A stretch of DNA of 64,000 nt from Candidatus Limnocylindrales bacterium. GTDB taxonomy: Bacteria; Patescibacteriota; Microgenomatia; Levybacterales; UBA12049. The notes below the pieces were generated by a model. That model was given only the letters and a program-made list of their open reading frames with translations, was not told the DNA's origin and did no database searches. A program made the translations under genes and the position numbers. Where the stretch lies: positions 13,011-77,010 of the forward strand of contig DATLDE010000004.1 of assembly GCA_035526025.1 (NCBI GenBank). Reading direction: 5' to 3'. How positions within the stretch are numbered: the stretch's first letter is position 1; each line of letters opens with the position of its first letter. Below, one piece after another: positions 8,928-19,037 of the stretch.

Positions 8928-8930
8928 ATT

Positions 8931-9332
8931 ATGATTTCAAAACGATTTAAAAAAATTATATTACTTCTCATTCCTGTAATTTATTTACATGGTGTTGAGG
9001 AAATAATTACTGGATTTTATAAGAATGATTTCTATATGGAATATTTCAGTAGTTTTTTTACATCAATACTCCAAGCGCATTATTATTCATCTCATATTGT
9101 TTGGTGGCTTATGATAGGACCGGCGTTACTGTTAGCATTTGGTGGAAAATGGAGATTAAGCGTCTTAACATTATTTGGATTATTCTTTTTTATGGAGCTT
9201 CATCACTTGATTGATGCTATTAAAACTATGAACTATTATCCAGGAGTAATAACAAATTTAATTATGGAAATTTTAGGAATTTTCTACTGGAAAGAGATAA
9301 TACTTGCTTGGAAAAACTATGACAGAAATTAA
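8931..9332 (+). CDS. HXXEE domain-containing membrane protein
   Basis: LHGVEEI near the N-terminus (HxxEE motif) plus four TM segments. Confidence 0.5.
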   Translation: MISKRFKKIILLLIPVIYLHGVEEIITGFYKNDFYMEYFSSFFTSILQAHYYSSHIVWWLMIGPALLLAFGGKWRLSVLTLFGLFFFMELHHLIDAIKTMNYYPGVITNLIMEILGIFYWKEIILAWKNYDRN

Positions 9333-11556
9333 AAAATCTTATCCAATAAAAGGCATGCATTGCGCTTCTTGCGTACGGGTTACTGAACGTGCTCTAAAAA
9401 AAACTCATGGCGTCAAAGAAGCTGTGGTAAATCTCGCAACGCAAAAAGCAACCGTTACTTATGATCAGGACAATTGTACTCCTGAACAACTTGCAGAGTC
9501 TATTTCCAAAACTGGTTACACTTTGGATCTTGATGAAAAAAGTGAAGAAATTCAAGAGATAGAAAAAAAGAAAGAATTAAAAGAATTAAGAAAAAAAGTA
9601 ATTATCAGTCTAAGTGCGGGAGCGCTTATTTTGTGGGGTAGTTTTCCAGGACTTATTAATACTGCTCCTGAAATTCTTAAGAACTTTTATGTCCAGTTAA
9701 TTCTTGCAACACCTATTCAATTTTGGGCGGCAGCAGAATTTTACCGCGCAACTATCCCGGCACTTAAAAATAGAACTGCCAATATGGATACATTGGTTTC
9801 ACTTGGCACCACTGTTGCATTTATATATTCTGTATTTGTAACTTTTTTCCCCAGCGTGGTTATGAATTTGGGTATTGATCATATGCCATATTTTGATGTT
9901 GCGGTAATAGTGATTGGACTTATACTTTTAGGACGATATTTCGAAGCCAAAGCCAAATTGGGAACAAGTGGCGCCATAAAAAAATTGCTTGGTTTACAGG
10001 CCAAAACAGCCAGAGTTATGAGAGATGGAAAGGAAATTGATATCCCGATTGAGGAGGTACAAGTAGGTGAAATTATCCGCGTCAGACCAGGGGAAAAAAT
10101 TCCTGTTGATGGTGAACTAACTGAGGGAGAATCATCCATCGATGAATCAATGGTGAGTGGAGAAAGTATCCCAACAGACAAGACGAAAGGAGATATTGTA
10201 ATTGGTTCAACGATAAATAAATCAGGTACATTTTTATATAAAGCCACCAGGGTAGGAAGCGACACAATGCTTTCTCAAATCATAAAACTTGTTCAGGAAG
10301 CACAAGGCAGTAAGGCCCCTATCCAGAGACTTGCTGATGTAGTGTCTTCATATTTTGTACCAATTGTTATCATGCTGGCTTTTGCAACTTTTGGTATATG
10401 GTATATTTTCGGCCCCTCCCCTTCATTTCTTTTTGCCATACTTAACACAGTTGCTGTTCTTATTATTGCATGTCCCTGCGCGATGGGACTTGCAACACCT
10501 ACAGCAATAATGGTAGGAACTGGAATAGGAGCCGAACATGGAATACTCATAAAAGATGCAGCGAGTCTTGAGATTGCAAATAAAATTAATACTGTTATTT
10601 TTGATAAAACAGGAACGCTCACAAAAGGAGTTCCTGTTGTGACAGATGTGATTGCTTTTGGAAAATTAAAAAAAGCTGAAGTACTACGTCTTGCGGCATC
10701 AATTGAAAAAGGATCAGAACACTCCCTTGCCGATGCTATTGTAAAAAATGCAGAAGAAAAAAATCTAAAACTTGATAAAATTACAAAGTTCAAATCAATT
10801 GCAGGACATGGAATTGAAGGCGTGATTGGTGAACAAAAAATTACTTTTGGAAATAGACGCCTCATGGACCGCGAAAAAATCTCATATAAAGATATTTCGG
10901 AGCAAATTAGTAAACTTGAAAATGAAGGAAAAACCGTTATGCTTCTGGCTGTAGACAAAAAGCTTGTTGGACTTGTTGCAGTTGCAGATACTATCAAAGA
11001 AACTGCTAGAGCAGGAATAGAAGCACTACAAAAACAAAATATTAAAGTCGCAATGATCACAGGTGACAACCAAAGAACCGCTGAGGCTATTGCTAAAAAA
11101 TTAGGGATTAAAGTAGTGCTGGCCGAAGTTTTGCCTGATCAAAAAGAAGGAGAAGTGCGAAAACTTCAAGCTCAAGGTAAAAAAGTTGCAATGATTGGAG
11201 ATGGAATCAATGACGCACCTGCTCTTGCTGCAGCTGATATCGGAATTGCGATGGGAACAGGAACAGATGTCGCGATAGAAGCTGCCGACATAACCCTAAT
11301 TAATAAAGACTTACGCTCTGTTGCAAAAGCAATTGTGCTTTCCAAAAAAACCATGCGAACAATTAAAATAAATCTGTTCTGGGCTTTTGGATACAATATA
11401 ATTCTTATTCCTGTTGCAATGGGTGCTCTATATCCGTTTTTTCATATCCTTCTAAATCCGATCTTTGCATCAGTTGCCATGGCAACAAGCTCTATTTCTG
11501 TCGTATCTAATTCACTTTTGTTAAAGAAACTAAAACTTGGTACAATAAGAACTTAG
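9319..11556 (+). CDS. copA: copper-translocating P1B-type ATPase CopA
   Basis: N-terminal HMA domain GMHCASC, membrane CPC motif (IACPCAMGLATP), DKTGTLT, GDGINDAPAL. The track starts at TTG 9304; ATG 9319 (MTEIKK) is more likely. Confidence 0.9.
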   Translation: MTEIKKSYPIKGMHCASCVRVTERALKKTHGVKEAVVNLATQKATVTYDQDNCTPEQLAESISKTGYTLDLDEKSEEIQEIEKKKELKELRKKVIISLSAGALILWGSFPGLINTAPEILKNFYVQLILATPIQFWAAAEFYRATIPALKNRTANMDTLVSLGTTVAFIYSVFVTFFPSVVMNLGIDHMPYFDVAVIVIGLILLGRYFEAKAKLGTSGAIKKLLGLQAKTARVMRDGKEIDIPIEEVQVGEIIRVRPGEKIPVDGELTEGESSIDESMVSGESIPTDKTKGDIVIGSTINKSGTFLYKATRVGSDTMLSQIIKLVQEAQGSKAPIQRLADVVSSYFVPIVIMLAFATFGIWYIFGPSPSFLFAILNTVAVLIIACPCAMGLATPTAIMVGTGIGAEHGILIKDAASLEIANKINTVIFDKTGTLTKGVPVVTDVIAFGKLKKAEVLRLAASIEKGSEHSLADAIVKNAEEKNLKLDKITKFKSIAGHGIEGVIGEQKITFGNRRLMDREKISYKDISEQISKLENEGKTVMLLAVDKKLVGLVAVADTIKETARAGIEALQKQNIKVAMITGDNQRTAEAIAKKLGIKVVLAEVLPDQKEGEVRKLQAQGKKVAMIGDGINDAPALAAADIGIAMGTGTDVAIEAADITLINKDLRSVAKAIVLSKKTMRTIKINLFWAFGYNIILIPVAMGALYPFFHILLNPIFASVAMATSSISVVSNSLLLKKLKLGTIRT

Positions 11557-11561
11557 AACGT

Positions 11562-12605
11562 ATGGAAAATTCAAATTTAATAGCAATTTTTTTAACCGGA
11601 CTTTTCGCAGGAGCACTCACTTGTCTTGCTGTTCAGGGCGGATTACTGGCTACATCTATTGCCCAGCATGAAGAAAAAAGATTGAAAGACGGAATTAAGA
11701 AAACAGGTAATGCATTACCAATTCTTTCTTTTGTCATTGCGAAATTAATTGCTTATACTTTTTTAGGTTTTTTACTTGGATGGTTTGGTTCGATCTTCCA
11801 ACTATCTCTCAATGCAAATATAATTCTTCAAATAATTGTCGGCGTATTTATGCTAGGCACAGCCCTTAATCTTTTAAATGTTCACCCAATTTTCCGCTAT
11901 TTTATTATTCAACCACCTAGATTTTTGACAAGATATATAAGAAAAGAATCTAAAAGCGGTAGCTACTTTACCCCAGCACTGCTTGGTGCATTTACAGTAT
12001 TTATTCCATGTGGTGCGACACAAGCTGTGATGGCTTTATCAGTTGCCTCAGGCAATCCATTTTCGGGCGCAGCAATACTTTTTGCTTTTGTCTTAGGAAC
12101 ATCTCCTCTTTTCTTTACGCTTGGATACTTAGCAACAAAACTGAGTAGCAGCCTGCAACAGAAATTCATGAAATTCGCAGCTTTCACAATTATTTTACTT
12201 GCTGCGTTTAATTTGAATAATACTCTTGCTTTAACAGGAAATAATTTTACTATTGAAAACATAGGAAAAGGTTTCTGGTGCACAATAAGCTATTGTGAAA
12301 GTTCGGAATCTGCTACTACACAGAATTCAAAACAAGCAATAACGGAAGCAGATCTTAACATTGAAGCAACTGGATATAACCCAAATAGCTTAACGGTAAA
12401 AGCAGGATCCAAAATCACACTACATCTTAAAAATAATGGGGGCGGAGGATGCACACAGGCATTTACAATTCCAAGCCTGGGTATTCAAAAAATTGTTCCG
12501 CTTGGCGCAACGGATACTTTGACATTTACAGCACCGGATAAAACAGGAGATCTGGCTTTTATGTGCAGTATGGGGATGTATAGGGGGAATATAAATGTCA
12601 TCTAA
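11562..12605 (+). CDS. polytopic membrane protein (DsbD/CcdA-like TM region with conserved Cys) fused to a C-terminal cupredoxin-like domain
   Basis: TM helices with LTCLAVQGG and FIPCGATQA; C-terminal soluble domain ...GDLAFMCSMGMYRGNINVI is similar to the 8562 protein. Starts 6 nt after the copA stop. Confidence 0.45.
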   Translation: MENSNLIAIFLTGLFAGALTCLAVQGGLLATSIAQHEEKRLKDGIKKTGNALPILSFVIAKLIAYTFLGFLLGWFGSIFQLSLNANIILQIIVGVFMLGTALNLLNVHPIFRYFIIQPPRFLTRYIRKESKSGSYFTPALLGAFTVFIPCGATQAVMALSVASGNPFSGAAILFAFVLGTSPLFFTLGYLATKLSSSLQQKFMKFAAFTIILLAAFNLNNTLALTGNNFTIENIGKGFWCTISYCESSESATTQNSKQAITEADLNIEATGYNPNSLTVKAGSKITLHLKNNGGGGCTQAFTIPSLGIQKIVPLGATDTLTFTAPDKTGDLAFMCSMGMYRGNINVI

Positions 12606-12819
12606 AATAAAATTAAAAATTGCCGGCATGCATTGCACAAGTTGTGCTATGAACATTGACGGAGAGCTTGAAGATACAGCAGGTGTGAAAGAAGCCAAAA
12701 CAAATTATGCCAAACAATGCGCAGAAGTAACGTTTGATCAAAATGAAATTTCGGAAGGTAAAATAATTTCGATTATCCAAAAGCTTGATGACAAATACGT
12801 TGCTGAGGTAATTAAATAA
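12595..12819 (+). CDS. copZ: CopZ-like heavy-metal-associated (HMA) copper chaperone
   Basis: 74 aa, GMHCTSCAMNI metal-binding loop. Confidence 0.8.
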   Translation: MSSKIKLKIAGMHCTSCAMNIDGELEDTAGVKEAKTNYAKQCAEVTFDQNEISEGKIISIIQKLDDKYVAEVIK

Positions 12820-13019
12820 TTTCAGTTCTTGCAGTCTCCTTACACATCTTTTATTCGTTTATATTAAAAAATCCGTATTATGGCATCATGGAAACACAAT
12901 TAATACTACTTACATCTGGAGCTGTTGGATTCTTTGTCTTTATGAAGACCCAATTTCTCAACTAGTACAATAAGAGTAACTGCCCATACTCTCCGTAACC
13001 TCTGTGTCTTTTATATTTT

Positions 13020-13394
13020 ATGGATAATAACGACTATAATGGCAAAAAAATACTTATAGCTGATGATAACCCTGATATCATCGCTTCTCTACAGCTAATG
13101 CTTGAGGGCGAGGGTTTTAAGGTCGAATCGACACTCGAAGGAGGAAAAGTTGGAAAAATGTTACAAAACCATCCTGATCTGCTAATTCTTGATGTTATGA
13201 TGTCAGGACATGACGGGCGGCAAATATGTAAATCCATAAAAAGCCATGAAAGCACAAGAGATATCCCCGTAATTATGTTCTCAGCAAACAGAAATATTGA
13301 AGAATCCTCAAGAAAAGCTGGAGCAAATTGTTTTATTGCAAAACCTTTTGAGTTTAACGATCTATTACAAAAAGTGGAAACCCACATTAACTAA
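13020..13394 (+). CDS. single-domain response regulator (CheY-like receiver)
   Basis: KILIADDNPD...LLILDVMMSGHDGRQICKSIK...IPVIMFSA; 124 aa with no output domain. Confidence 0.75.
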   Translation: MDNNDYNGKKILIADDNPDIIASLQLMLEGEGFKVESTLEGGKVGKMLQNHPDLLILDVMMSGHDGRQICKSIKSHESTRDIPVIMFSANRNIEESSRKAGANCFIAKPFEFNDLLQKVETHIN

Positions 13395-13465
13395 AAATTA
13401 TTTTCCCTCTTATTTAAATCAAAAATAGCTTTTTTCAGAGCCGATGCATATAATAGAGAAAGCTC

Positions 13466-14119
13466 ATGAATCAACAGGCCCAAGATCCATCTACATATAT
13501 AGCATTGTCAGAATCAGGACTGGTTCTGCTGGAAAAAGAATTTCAAATAATTATTAACGAAGTCATAAAAGGCATAACGGATGTTACGACTTATCTTAAT
13601 GTTAAAAATGAATTAACACCAGAATTAATTGTTTCAAATAAAATTGGAGTGATTGGATACTCAACTGACATAGATGCAATTCATATGCCCATTAATTACT
13701 TAAATTTAGTTTCCAACAACACTACTCCCATTGAATACAGAGACCAACTTGTATGCTTTGTTCCTGATAAGTTTTATATAATCTTAAAATATATTTATTG
13801 GCTGAGAATATTTGGAAGGGAAAGCGCAATACATTATTTCCAAAAACATGGCAATCCAAAATTAAAGGTAAAATTTCCCCAAGCATTTGACAAAAATCTA
13901 TCCCCCAAAAGCCTACTGCTTAGTGACTTGGAAGTTGAAGCAAGAACTATAGGAGATGAAATTATATCTGTGAATAAAGAAAATTCACTTTGGACAAATG
14001 TTGATAATTATTTTGCAATTAATTTCCCAGACTACCATAATAAATCAATTGACTATCTAACGAAACTGCAAAAGCCCAAACTTGAAATTTCTTTTGAGTT
14101 GGAAAGTTTTTTAGCATAA
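13466..14119 (+). CDS. hypothetical protein
   Basis: ORF only; TATAAT at 13449-13454 upstream. Confidence 0.35.
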   Translation: MNQQAQDPSTYIALSESGLVLLEKEFQIIINEVIKGITDVTTYLNVKNELTPELIVSNKIGVIGYSTDIDAIHMPINYLNLVSNNTTPIEYRDQLVCFVPDKFYIILKYIYWLRIFGRESAIHYFQKHGNPKLKVKFPQAFDKNLSPKSLLLSDLEVEARTIGDEIISVNKENSLWTNVDNYFAINFPDYHNKSIDYLTKLQKPKLEISFELESFLA

Positions 14120-14131
14120 TAACCTTAAAAT

Positions 14132-14638
14132 ATGAGGAACAGATTTAAAAATATTCATGAAGATTATTTGCGTAGCATTATCTTCGGATTTCAAGATGCC
14201 CTCGTTTCAACAACAGGTGCAATAGCAGGTGTTGCAATCGGCTCAAAAGATAAAAATTTAGTTATTCTTGCGGGCTTAGTTGTTATTACGGTTGAAGCAT
14301 TATCGATGGGGATTGGCCAGTATACAAGCGAAAAGGCTGTGCATCAACTGGACAAAACGGGCAAACATACTGATAATCTTTATATTGGTGGCATTTTAAT
14401 GACCCTTTCATATTTTCTCGGGGGTTTAATTCCCTTAACACCAATACTTCTGCTAGAATTACCACTTTCACAAATTCTGAGTATTGCGTTCGCTTTATGT
14501 GGATTATTTGCCTTAGGCTTTATTAAAGCAAAGCTTGTCCAGGTCAATCCATGGAAAAGCGCTTTTGAAATATTTGTATTTGGCGGAATTACAACAGCAT
14601 TAGGAATCTTAATAGGTACGCTATTCAAGGTCAACTAA
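14132..14638 (+). CDS. VIT1/CCC1 family (iron/manganese transporter-like) membrane protein, short form
   Basis: FGFQDALVSTTGAIAGVAIGS resembles the VIT family GANDGxVST block; several TM helices. Confidence 0.5.
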   Translation: MRNRFKNIHEDYLRSIIFGFQDALVSTTGAIAGVAIGSKDKNLVILAGLVVITVEALSMGIGQYTSEKAVHQLDKTGKHTDNLYIGGILMTLSYFLGGLIPLTPILLLELPLSQILSIAFALCGLFALGFIKAKLVQVNPWKSAFEIFVFGGITTALGILIGTLFKVN

Positions 14639-14651
14639 AAATTAGTTTAAA

Positions 14652-15680
14652 TCAATCCGTGAATTCTTGGGAATACATCTTACCGTAAATTCCTCCGTCA
14701 ATTACACCAACGCCAATCTTTCTAAAATTCGGACTTAATATATTCTTTCTATGACCCGGACTATTCATAAGGCCCTGCATAGCAAGATCAGTTGAGGGAG
14801 CAAGAGCCAAATTTTCTCCGGCAAAAGTGAATTCGATATCAGCTTTCTCCATACGATCAAATGGGGATAATCCTTCAGGTGTATAATGAGAAAAGAATCC
14901 TCTTTTGAGCATATCGTCTGAATGCCTCCTGGCAACATCTCTTAAGCTATTATCAAAGGCGAGAAGCTGGACGCCTGCTTTTGCTCTCTGTGTGTTAACC
15001 ATACGAAACATCTCCTGTTCAGCTTTACTGTCTTTTTTCCCACTTGAGACTTTAAAATTCAGCTTTACTAATTCATCACTTTGCGGCTGAACAGTTAAGA
15101 AATTAAGAGTTTCTGAAAGCGCTCCTCCAAAAATATCATTAAGTCTCTTCTCAAAAAATGACGTATTGGAAATAAGTTTTGAGCTCATTCTGGAATCAGT
15201 AACAAGGCTCTTAATAAGAGGAGACGATGGCAAAGAGACTATAACAGAAAGTATGAAAGATAATACTATAAATGCAGATGCAAGCCCTGGAAGAAGGCCC
15301 AACCAATGATCGGTGTCTTTAAAAAACACAAAAAGTTTATTGTGAGGTGGGATTGACGGAAATCTATTTATCAACTTTCTAAAAAGAATGCTTAATACTA
15401 TCTCGCAAATAAGTGCAGTTATGAAAAAGCCCCCTGCGTTGGCAAAACCAACAGGAAGTGAAAAAGTGTTCAATAGAAAGTAAGATATGAGACCATAAAA
15501 TTTTAGCGCAATTATAAAAGACAGCACAAAACTGGCTAGATCTAAAAATGCTAAAGTAAATCCCAAACTAAACCCCTCGTGTAGATAAAAAAGTACGACA
15601 AGGACAATTATAATATCAAGAATATTAATTCCTAAGGGAGGGATTGATAATTGGGACAGTAAGGATGCAAAATTAAACAC
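14652..15680 (-). CDS. CvpA family membrane protein fused to a C-terminal CAP (SCP/PR1-like) domain
   Basis: N-terminal 4-TM CvpA-like region; C-terminal GHRKNILSPNFRKIGVGV plus HSDDMLKRGFFSH (CAP domain signatures). Confidence 0.55.
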   Translation of the reverse strand: MFNFASLLSQLSIPPLGINILDIIIVLVVLFYLHEGFSLGFTLAFLDLASFVLSFIIALKFYGLISYFLLNTFSLPVGFANAGGFFITALICEIVLSILFRKLINRFPSIPPHNKLFVFFKDTDHWLGLLPGLASAFIVLSFILSVIVSLPSSPLIKSLVTDSRMSSKLISNTSFFEKRLNDIFGGALSETLNFLTVQPQSDELVKLNFKVSSGKKDSKAEQEMFRMVNTQRAKAGVQLLAFDNSLRDVARRHSDDMLKRGFFSHYTPEGLSPFDRMEKADIEFTFAGENLALAPSTDLAMQGLMNSPGHRKNILSPNFRKIGVGVIDGGIYGKMYSQEFTD

Positions 15681-15731
15681 TATTGTATATTATAAAACAA
15701 ATTTATCTATGCTAAAATAGATTTTACTCCC

Positions 15732-17921
15732 ATGAGTGTAAAGCGTTATAGCAAAATTGTAAAGAAAGCAAAAAAATTCTCGAAGACGAGGCGTAACTTA
15801 TTTATTTTCCTCTGCTTTGCTTTTACCATTTTACTGGCATTTGGAATATTATACATTATTCTGTTGCGAGATCTACCGTCACCTACTCATCTGGGTAATA
15901 CGACAGGCTCGTATTCAACCCAGATTTATGATAGAAACAATAAGCACCTCTATACTATTTATTCAAATCGGAATCAAAGCTTTATTCCTTTAAATAAAAT
16001 CCCAAAAAATATCCAACAAGCAACTATAGCTATAGAGGACAAAGACTTTTACCGCCATGGAGCAGTAGACTTCAGAGGAATCGTCCGAGCTGCGTATTCA
16101 ACGCTATATCATAAAAGAATACAGGGGGGCTCCACTCTCACACAGCAGTTAGTAAAAAATAGTCTGTTAACGCCTGAGCAAACCCTTCAGAGAAAAATAA
16201 GAGAAGTTATTTTGGCTTTTGCTACTGAAGCGCTTTATGATAAAGATAAGATTCTCGAAATGTATCTTAACCAAGTGCCATATGGGGGAACTTCTTATGG
16301 AGTTGAAGCCGCTTCCCAAGGATATTTTGGAAAATCAATAAAGGATCTTACTCTCGCAGAACAAGCTTTCCTGGCAGGTCTTCCGGAAGCTCCAAGCACT
16401 CTTTCTCCCTTCGGCTCACGTCCTGAACTCGGGAAAAAACGACAGAAAGAAATTCTCCGCAAAATGTATGATCAAAAATATATCAGTAAAACAGAACGGG
16501 ATAAAGCACTAGCACAAACTCTAAAGTTCCAAAAAATTACAAATCCGATAAAGGCACCTCACTTTGTTTTCTATGTAAAAGATCTACTTGTTAAGAAATA
16601 TGGACAACAAGTTGTGGAGCAAGGAGGACTTAAAGTCATAACCAGTCTTGATCTGAATACTCAAAATTTTGCCCAGGCAACAGTTGCCTCAGAAGTTGCA
16701 CAGCTTACTAGCTATAGCGTAGGTAATGGTGGCGCGCTTGTCACTAACCCCGGGACAGGTGAGATACTGGCAATGGTTGGAGGTAAGGACTATTTTGATG
16801 CAAAAGAGGGAAATGTAAATATCACAATTGCCAACAGGCAGCCAGGATCTTCAATAAAACCAATTAACTATGCGCTAGGACTTATAAAGGGATACTCGGC
16901 TGCGATGCCTTTTATAGATGCGCCTGTTTGCTTCCCAAATCCACCTCAAAAACCCTATTGCCCTCGCAACTATGATGGCCGTTTTCACGGTATAGTGACC
17001 ATGAGACAAGCTCTCGGACAATCTCTCAACATACCAGCAGTGCAGATGCTCAAATTGAATACAATTGAGAGCATGATACAGCTTTCATCTGCGATGGGAC
17101 TAAAACTTAATGACCCTAGAGGATATGGGCTCTCACTTACCTTGGGAGGAGCTGGCGTTACAATGGCAGATATGTCAACGGCATTTGGGGTATTTGCAAA
17201 TCAAGGATATCGAGTAGATCTGCATCCAATACTTAAGGTCACAGATAGAAATAACAAAGTGCTTGAGGAGTACAAACCTCCAAAAAGTCCTATATTTGGA
17301 AAGAAAGTTATGCCTTCTGAGGTTAGCTTTATAATTTCTGACATTCTTTCTGATAACAATGCGCGTACTCCTGCGTTTGGTCCAAATTCCGAACTAAAAA
17401 TAGATGGGAAACACGTTTCAGTCAAAACAGGAACCACCAATGATTACCGTGATAACTGGACAATCGGCTATACTCCTTCAGTTCTTATTGCAGTCTGGGT
17501 CGGAAATAATGATAATACCCCGATGTCAGGAATCGTTTCAGGAGTGACAGGAGCTGCCCCTATCTGGAACACCCTCATGACGCATATGCTTGAAGGGAAA
17601 AAACCTGAAATCCCACAAAAGCCACCAAATGTTTATGGTAAAAATACCTGCACAACGAGCGCTACGCCAACTGGTGGCCCGGCCCAAATCTGCTCAGGCC
17701 GGTTTGAGTACTTCATAAGAGGAACTGAAAATAAGAATGCTGCCGTGGTGAGACGTGAAAAAGTATTCGTTGATAAAACAACCGGTGAACAGGCTCCTGC
17801 TGGGAAAACTGAAAATGTTGAAGAGCGGGAACAAGATGTGATGATAGATGCAACTGGCAATAAATTCTGTATCAGCTGTGCAAAACCACAACCAACGCCA
17901 ACGCCTGCTCCTGCTCCGTAG
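15732..17921 (+). CDS. class A penicillin-binding protein (PBP1A family; transglycosylase plus transpeptidase)
   Basis: GT51 block IAIEDKDFYRHGAVDFRGI, transpeptidase SxxK (RQPGSSIKP) and KTG (SVKTGTTND), Pro/Thr-rich C-terminal tail. Confidence 0.85.
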   Translation: MSVKRYSKIVKKAKKFSKTRRNLFIFLCFAFTILLAFGILYIILLRDLPSPTHLGNTTGSYSTQIYDRNNKHLYTIYSNRNQSFIPLNKIPKNIQQATIAIEDKDFYRHGAVDFRGIVRAAYSTLYHKRIQGGSTLTQQLVKNSLLTPEQTLQRKIREVILAFATEALYDKDKILEMYLNQVPYGGTSYGVEAASQGYFGKSIKDLTLAEQAFLAGLPEAPSTLSPFGSRPELGKKRQKEILRKMYDQKYISKTERDKALAQTLKFQKITNPIKAPHFVFYVKDLLVKKYGQQVVEQGGLKVITSLDLNTQNFAQATVASEVAQLTSYSVGNGGALVTNPGTGEILAMVGGKDYFDAKEGNVNITIANRQPGSSIKPINYALGLIKGYSAAMPFIDAPVCFPNPPQKPYCPRNYDGRFHGIVTMRQALGQSLNIPAVQMLKLNTIESMIQLSSAMGLKLNDPRGYGLSLTLGGAGVTMADMSTAFGVFANQGYRVDLHPILKVTDRNNKVLEEYKPPKSPIFGKKVMPSEVSFIISDILSDNNARTPAFGPNSELKIDGKHVSVKTGTTNDYRDNWTIGYTPSVLIAVWVGNNDNTPMSGIVSGVTGAAPIWNTLMTHMLEGKKPEIPQKPPNVYGKNTCTTSATPTGGPAQICSGRFEYFIRGTENKNAAVVRREKVFVDKTTGEQAPAGKTENVEEREQDVMIDATGNKFCISCAKPQPTPTPAPAP

Positions 17922-17950
17922 CAAGGAGTGAGCTATCTATTTATATAAAT

Positions 17951-18148
17951 ATGGAAAGCAGAAATTACAATAAAACATCAGGCAGAAAAACATTGATACT
18001 GGTAATCATACTAATGTCTGTAATTATTTTACTGTCGATTTATTCTGTTTTTCTTATTCTTCGTAAATCAGCTGTGGTTACAAATTCAAGTTACTATGAT
18101 AAATCAGGAGAAGCATATCCAAATGAGGATCAAATCATCCCCAAGTAG
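17951..18148 (+). CDS. small membrane protein, hypothetical
   Basis: 65-aa ORF with one TM segment. Confidence 0.25.
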   Translation: MESRNYNKTSGRKTLILVIILMSVIILLSIYSVFLILRKSAVVTNSSYYDKSGEAYPNEDQIIPK

Positions 18149-18281
18149 CTTTCAGTTAGTAAATTAATTCCTACTCTTTTATTTTGTCTGGCAACCAAAT
18201 ATTATAAAGATGAATGTTATATCGCGAACAAATTGAAAAAATTAAAAATCGTATTTTGCAATACAGAAATTCTTAAGCTTC

Positions 18282-18923
18282 TCAATCTTTTAAAGAATCT
18301 TTAAGAAGCCTGAATTGCTCCTCAGGAGATTTGTCTGAGTCAAAAAGAAAACTTGTCGCGACGAATCTACTAGCTCCAAGATTTTTGGTTATGTGAATTG
18401 TCCTTTCATTTATTCCTCCATCAACCTCAATTGGGACGTCGGTAAGTTCTTTCAGCTCTTCAATTTTAACCAATGCATCATCATTAAATTCTTGTCCGGA
18501 AAAGCCAGCCTTAACCGCCATCACCAAAATAGTGTCCAGATCATCCAGTTGAACTTTTATGTCTCTGACCGGAGTATCCAGATCTATTGCCAGTCCTGCT
18601 TCTCCCAATATCTGAGCTTGCGCTACAAATTCTGCTTGATCTGACATCTTCTCAATTTGCCCGATGAATCTTTGAAATCCTGCGTCTGCAAAAGACTTCA
18701 GATAATTGATTGGTTCATGCACCATAAGATGAACTTCAAAAATAAAGTCTTTTGAGTATTTTGCAAAAGGAGCAGGCTCTGAGAATGTTTTATTATCCGC
18801 AAATTTACCATCAATAATATCAATGTGGATTACTCTCGCAAATCCTTTCACGTCTTGAAGCTTTTTTTCAATTGCCTCAAAATCTTTATCTGCTGTTCCC
18901 GGACTGGGTATAATCTCGTACAT
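18282..18923 (-). CDS. rpe: ribulose-phosphate 3-epimerase
   Basis: IHIDIIDGKF, HLMV, LVMAVKAGFSGQEF, IEVDGGIN blocks. Confidence 0.8.
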   Translation of the reverse strand: MYEIIPSPGTADKDFEAIEKKLQDVKGFARVIHIDIIDGKFADNKTFSEPAPFAKYSKDFIFEVHLMVHEPINYLKSFADAGFQRFIGQIEKMSDQAEFVAQAQILGEAGLAIDLDTPVRDIKVQLDDLDTILVMAVKAGFSGQEFNDDALVKIEELKELTDVPIEVDGGINERTIHITKNLGASRFVATSFLFDSDKSPEEQFRLLKDSLKD

Positions 18924-19037
18924 AATAATCTAATTTTCAATTTGAAATTTAAAATTTGAAATGAATTCAAAAATGTTTAACCATTTAAATTTAAAACATT
19001 AAATATTCATTGAAAATTGAAAACTGAAAATTAAAAG

